Virus record (IMG/VR): IMGVR_UViG_3300031566_000048
Direction: 5' to 3' (one strand)
Length of the DNA stretch: 54,138 nt
Origin: a virus
In this document: positions 50,360 through 54,138 of the stretch, piece after piece
Layout: each line of letters begins with the position of its first letter
Position numbering within the stretch: position 1 is the stretch's first letter
Position numbers and translations under genes: made by a program
The notes under the pieces: model-generated
What the model saw: the letters and a program-made list of their open reading frames with translations, nothing else
Databases searched by the model: none
What the model was told of the DNA's origin: nothing

Positions 50360-51444
50360 TTATATTGGAAATAGAAGGTAAAAGATACGAAAATTTTAAA
50401 AGTATAGAAATCCGCAAATCAATGGAAATGGTTAGCGGTGCTTTTACCTTTAATGCTACTAGTAATAATACAACCGAATTTCCAATAAAACGCAGTGCAT
50501 CTGCAAGAGTTTTAATAAATGATATCCCTATCATAACAGGATATGTAAACAGGGTAACTCCTAATTATGATAATCAAAGTCATATTTTAATAATAAATGG
50601 AAGAGATAAAACTGCTGATATAATAGACAGTTCTTTGCGTTCAAATATTGAATTTAATACAGGCATTACTTTAAAAAGAATAATTGAAAAGGTAATAGCA
50701 GATTTAGGCATAACTGATATTAGTGTTATAGACAATGTGGGTAATATAAAAAAGTTTGATAAGTCGGAATTAGTTAGTGGCAGTGCTGATAAAAACGCAT
50801 TTGAATTTATAGAAAATTACTGTAGATTAAGACAAGTTTTATGCACTACAAATGGAGATGGAAATATAGTTTTAACAAGGGGAAGTAAAGAATTATTACC
50901 TATTAAACTTATAAATAGAAAAAATAACCAAACAAATAATATTAAAAATGGCGATAGTTTTTTTGATGAGATAGGTAGATTTTATAGAGTTACAGTTTTA
51001 TCACAAGGTAATCCTAGTGCATTTGACGATACAAACATAGTAAGTAAAAGTGGTATTGCATTTGATACTGAAATACGCAAAAGCAGAAGTCAAACAATAA
51101 TTTCAGAACATTCTAGTAGTGATTTTACAAACAAAGAGAGAGCCACTTGGCAAGTAAATGTAAATAGAGCAAGGGGAACAGGCTATGCTTGTTTAGTTGA
51201 GGGATTTAAGATAGCACCTGATAAAACAGAAATTTGGCAACCTAATAAATTAGTAAAAGTAGAAGACGAATTTGCAAACATTAACTCTCAAATGCTTATT
51301 AGAGAATGTGTTTACAGATTATCAAATGATGTTGGTAGTGAGACACTTTTAACTTTAGTGCCAAAAGATGCTTATCAAGTAGAAGCACAATTAAACGAAG
51401 TTGAGGCTAGGGCAAATTTAACAGGGAAAGATTTAACACAATGA
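50356..51444 (+). CDS. Mu gp44 (P) / gpD-like baseplate hub protein
   Basis: Position between the gp43- and gp45-like genes. 'INGRDKTADIIDSS'. Confidence 0.65.
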   Translation: MIILEIEGKRYENFKSIEIRKSMEMVSGAFTFNATSNNTTEFPIKRSASARVLINDIPIITGYVNRVTPNYDNQSHILIINGRDKTADIIDSSLRSNIEFNTGITLKRIIEKVIADLGITDISVIDNVGNIKKFDKSELVSGSADKNAFEFIENYCRLRQVLCTTNGDGNIVLTRGSKELLPIKLINRKNNQTNNIKNGDSFFDEIGRFYRVTVLSQGNPSAFDDTNIVSKSGIAFDTEIRKSRSQTIISEHSSSDFTNKERATWQVNVNRARGTGYACLVEGFKIAPDKTEIWQPNKLVKVEDEFANINSQMLIRECVYRLSNDVGSETLLTLVPKDAYQVEAQLNEVEARANLTGKDLTQ

Positions 51445-54138
51445 GTAAATTAGACAATATAATTAAATGGGCTGAAGTTACTTTGCCCGATAATGATAAG
51501 GATAATTTTTCAAGGTCTCAAGTTAAATCTATAGGGCAAAATCCTAAACAAATTACAAATATATTACCTTATGGTTTTATATCAAGAGCACCTGTTGGAA
51601 CAACGGCTCTTTTATTTAATGTTAATGGCAATGAAGAAAAAACTGTTGGTATTCCTATTAGCTCAAATAATAGAAAGAAAGCGGAACTTACAGAGGTTGG
51701 AATTGAAAATCCAGTTTCTAAAAATTATGTTTTATGTAGAGAAACTGGAGTTACTGAATTAAATGGAAGTGATTATGAGGGTATAATAAAAATAGAAGAT
51801 TTGACTGGTAAATTAAATGATTTAATAACCGAATTTGATACTCATACTCATAGCGGAGTTCAAACAGGTGGTGGCGTTAGTGGCGTTCCTGTAACCCCTG
51901 CAACTGCTTTTAATAAATCAGATTATGAAAATGAAAGTGTTAAACACGGATTTACAAGTGTTGCAAGCACACCAAGCGGTAGCGGTAACGGAATTTTAAA
52001 TTTAAATGGATTAACCGCACAAGTTCAATCATTTGCAGTAGGGATAGTAGGAAGTGATTTTAATATTTCAAGTTCGGTAAGTACTCATACCTTTAATTTA
52101 CCGACTGCTAGTGCGGTAAACAGAGGAGCGTTGAGTTCTGCTGACTGGACTACTTTCAATAATAAACTTTCAAATATTAGCGGACAAGACCATAGTACTT
52201 TAATTAATTTAGATTTTGCAAGTGCGGGGCATACTGGATTTGAAAAGGCATTAACTTTTTCTACGGGACTAACCCGCACAGGCGATACAATAACAACAGA
52301 TGACACTCAAATAGTTCATAACAATTTAAGTGGTAAACAAGGTGGAGTAGCAGGACAATATTTTCATTTAACAAACGCACAACATACTATCGCAACACAG
52401 CAGGCTACTACAAGTCAAGACGGCTATTTACTATCAAGCGATTGGAATATTTTTAATAATAAACTATCTGTAGAAACAGACCCTATATTTACCGCATCGC
52501 CTGCATTTGGAATTACAAGCGGAGATATAACAAACTGGGACACTGCATATGGGTGGGGAGACCATTCTACTGAAGGATATTTAAAAAACATAGTAGAAGA
52601 TACAACCCCTCAACTTGGCGGTGATTTAGATACAAACTCAAACGACATTAAATTTTTAGATAATGATAAAGCAATATTTGGAACTGGTTTAGATTTTGAA
52701 ATTTACCACGATGGAAATGATACTATTTTTAGGAATTTACTACAGGATAAGGACACAGTTTTTAATGTTAATTTAGGTGGCGTTGATACGGAAGCGGTGA
52801 GGGTATCAGGTAGTAATGGTTATTTTGGAATAGGAACTTCGGACCCACAACAACAATTACATCTAGCCAAAGAAGGTGCTAATGGTGGTATTTGGTTTCA
52901 AGTTCACAGCAACACAGGCACAAATCACGGTATATTTAATTTTAATAGGGCAAGGGGAACACTAGCATCACCAACAGCAGTACAAAGTGGAGACAATCTA
53001 GGAAGTTTTAGATTTAACGGACACGACGGAACTGCAATAGGGGCAGGTTCTCAAATTATTGGGAGAGCATCAGAAAATTGGTCAGTGGGAAATCACGGGT
53101 CAGATTTAAATTTCTTTACAGTGGCAAATGGGGCTACTACAACAACACAACGAATGATTATAGGAAATGACGGAATTTTAAATTTATTAGAAAATCCTAT
53201 AGATAATGTTGGCAATATAACTCACGATGATGCAACTGCAAGTGATTGGATATTTAGAAATTCAAATTTAGATAAATTTACTAGATTTTTTGGTAATGAC
53301 GGGGGATTAGATACAGAATTATTAACACTTGATTATGCTAACCGTAGTATAGGAATAAATCAGCCAAATCCTACTAAAAAACTGCATATAACTGATGCAG
53401 TTACAGCAAATTCAGTCTGGGAACGAACAGGTGGAACTATATTTACACTCACAGCAGGTTCACTTTATGGATTTATTGGAACACAGACAGATAACCAGTG
53501 TCGCTTATTAGTTAATGATACCCCTGTAATGAGATTAGGAGTTTCAACAAATAATTACAATATCTCTGTGGGTAATTTTGACGCAGATGAAAAATTACAA
53601 GTAGATGGAAATATATCACTAAAAGATGATAACTACAAAGCAATTTTTGGAACAGGCAAAGATGGAGAGATTTTTGTAGATAGTAATGATGACTTTAATA
53701 TTAAAAATGTAACACAAGATAAAGATATTATTTTTAATGTTAATTACAGTGGCGTTGATACTAAAAGATTTCAATTATTTGGAGATGATACTTCTCAAGC
53801 AGTTACTATTTTTGGAAATGGTTTAAAAATACAAGGCGGTGCATTTACTTGGATAGACGAAGCAAGCGGAGCTAATGCGCGAGGTGAAGTATATTCAGAT
53901 AGTGCTACTCAAAACGCAGGTTTTTTATTTATTAAAGGCAGGGGAACAGAGGCTAGCCCAGCTGCAATTCAAAGTGGAGATTTAATTTCTAGACATTCAT
54001 TTTCAGGATACTATGACGGTTCAAACAGATTTACCGCATTACGAACAGAATATGAAGCAACTGAAAACTGGAGTAGTGGAAATAATGGTGCTAGAATGTC
54101 TTTCTTTACTACACAAAATGGAACTAGCATATTAAAAA
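51441..54138 (+). CDS. Mu gp45-like central spike N-terminal domain fused to a long repeat-containing fibre (949 codons in total, continuing at 128..279)
   Basis: ATGA overlap with the upstream gene. 'LPYGFISRAPVGTTALLF...GNEE' and 'DTHTHSG'. No stop before the window end, and in frame with 1..279. Confidence 0.8.
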   Translation, partial: MSKLDNIIKWAEVTLPDNDKDNFSRSQVKSIGQNPKQITNILPYGFISRAPVGTTALLFNVNGNEEKTVGIPISSNNRKKAELTEVGIENPVSKNYVLCRETGVTELNGSDYEGIIKIEDLTGKLNDLITEFDTHTHSGVQTGGGVSGVPVTPATAFNKSDYENESVKHGFTSVASTPSGSGNGILNLNGLTAQVQSFAVGIVGSDFNISSSVSTHTFNLPTASAVNRGALSSADWTTFNNKLSNISGQDHSTLINLDFASAGHTGFEKALTFSTGLTRTGDTITTDDTQIVHNNLSGKQGGVAGQYFHLTNAQHTIATQQATTSQDGYLLSSDWNIFNNKLSVETDPIFTASPAFGITSGDITNWDTAYGWGDHSTEGYLKNIVEDTTPQLGGDLDTNSNDIKFLDNDKAIFGTGLDFEIYHDGNDTIFRNLLQDKDTVFNVNLGGVDTEAVRVSGSNGYFGIGTSDPQQQLHLAKEGANGGIWFQVHSNTGTNHGIFNFNRARGTLASPTAVQSGDNLGSFRFNGHDGTAIGAGSQIIGRASENWSVGNHGSDLNFFTVANGATTTTQRMIIGNDGILNLLENPIDNVGNITHDDATASDWIFRNSNLDKFTRFFGNDGGLDTELLTLDYANRSIGINQPNPTKKLHITDAVTANSVWERTGGTIFTLTAGSLYGFIGTQTDNQCRLLVNDTPVMRLGVSTNNYNISVGNFDADEKLQVDGNISLKDDNYKAIFGTGKDGEIFVDSNDDFNIKNVTQDKDIIFNVNYSGVDTKRFQLFGDDTSQAVTIFGNGLKIQGGAFTWIDEASGANARGEVYSDSATQNAGFLFIKGRGTEASPAAIQSGDLISRHSFSGYYDGSNRFTALRTEYEATENWSSGNNGARMSFFTTQNGTSILK
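54012..54138. repeat. Terminal overlap, identical to 1..127
   Basis: Direct reading. Confidence 0.95.

Noticed and set aside
1-54138. Alternative genetic code or stop-codon recoding, considered because of the odd tRNA-like gene and the AT-rich genome.
   Set aside because: Genes are intact under the standard code, and TAA, TAG and TGA all appear as genuine terminators, including many ATGA start/stop overlaps. No long gene is broken by one recurrent in-frame stop.

Overview
This window is a complete phage genome assembled as a circular contig. Bases 1-127 are identical to 54012-54138, so the unique length is 54,011 bp, and the linearisation point cuts a 949-codon tail spike/fibre gene (51441..54138, continuing to 279). 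The DNA is visibly AT-rich. Every gene except one mobile-element island lies on the + strand. There are no CRISPR arrays, rRNA genes, reverse transcriptase, integrase or recognisable repressor.

Gene order:
- 1-7365: Mu-like contractile-tail baseplate (gp46/gp47/gp48 homologues), a fibre, and a block of unknown virion genes.
- 7453-9975: lysis cassette with membrane proteins, an M15 peptidase endolysin and a GTA-type 3-TM holin.
- 10062-14369: two nested IS1595-family elements, each carrying a transposase plus a P63C-like passenger gene.
- 14402-33386: early region with sigma70-like TTGACA-17-TAnAAT promoters. It encodes an outer-membrane beta-barrel moron, a replisome organiser with internal iterons, a DnaC-like loader, an intein-containing DNA methyltransferase, a YqaJ exonuclease and RecT, VRR-NUC, YopX and many small Cys-rich ORFs.
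- 33447-51444: terminase small and large subunits, HK97-type portal, Mu-F-like protein, prohead protease, major capsid, connectors, sheath, tube, frameshifted chaperone, tape measure, and Mu gp43/gp44 homologues.

Most unusual observations:
1. An intein in the methyltransferase has an HNH homing endonuclease encoded in the +1 frame while the intein frame stays open.
2. A 147-nt tRNA-like gene has canonical acceptor, D and T arms but about 65 extra nt in the anticodon arm.
3. One IS1595 element is inserted inside the passenger gene of another, with perfect 26-bp inverted repeats and an 8-bp target duplication.
4. A ~60-aa 'YNGT...PTSPATG' module is shared by three different virion proteins.
5. 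Single-gene cassettes in the early region are repeatedly flanked by 18-22 bp direct repeats that include the start codon.
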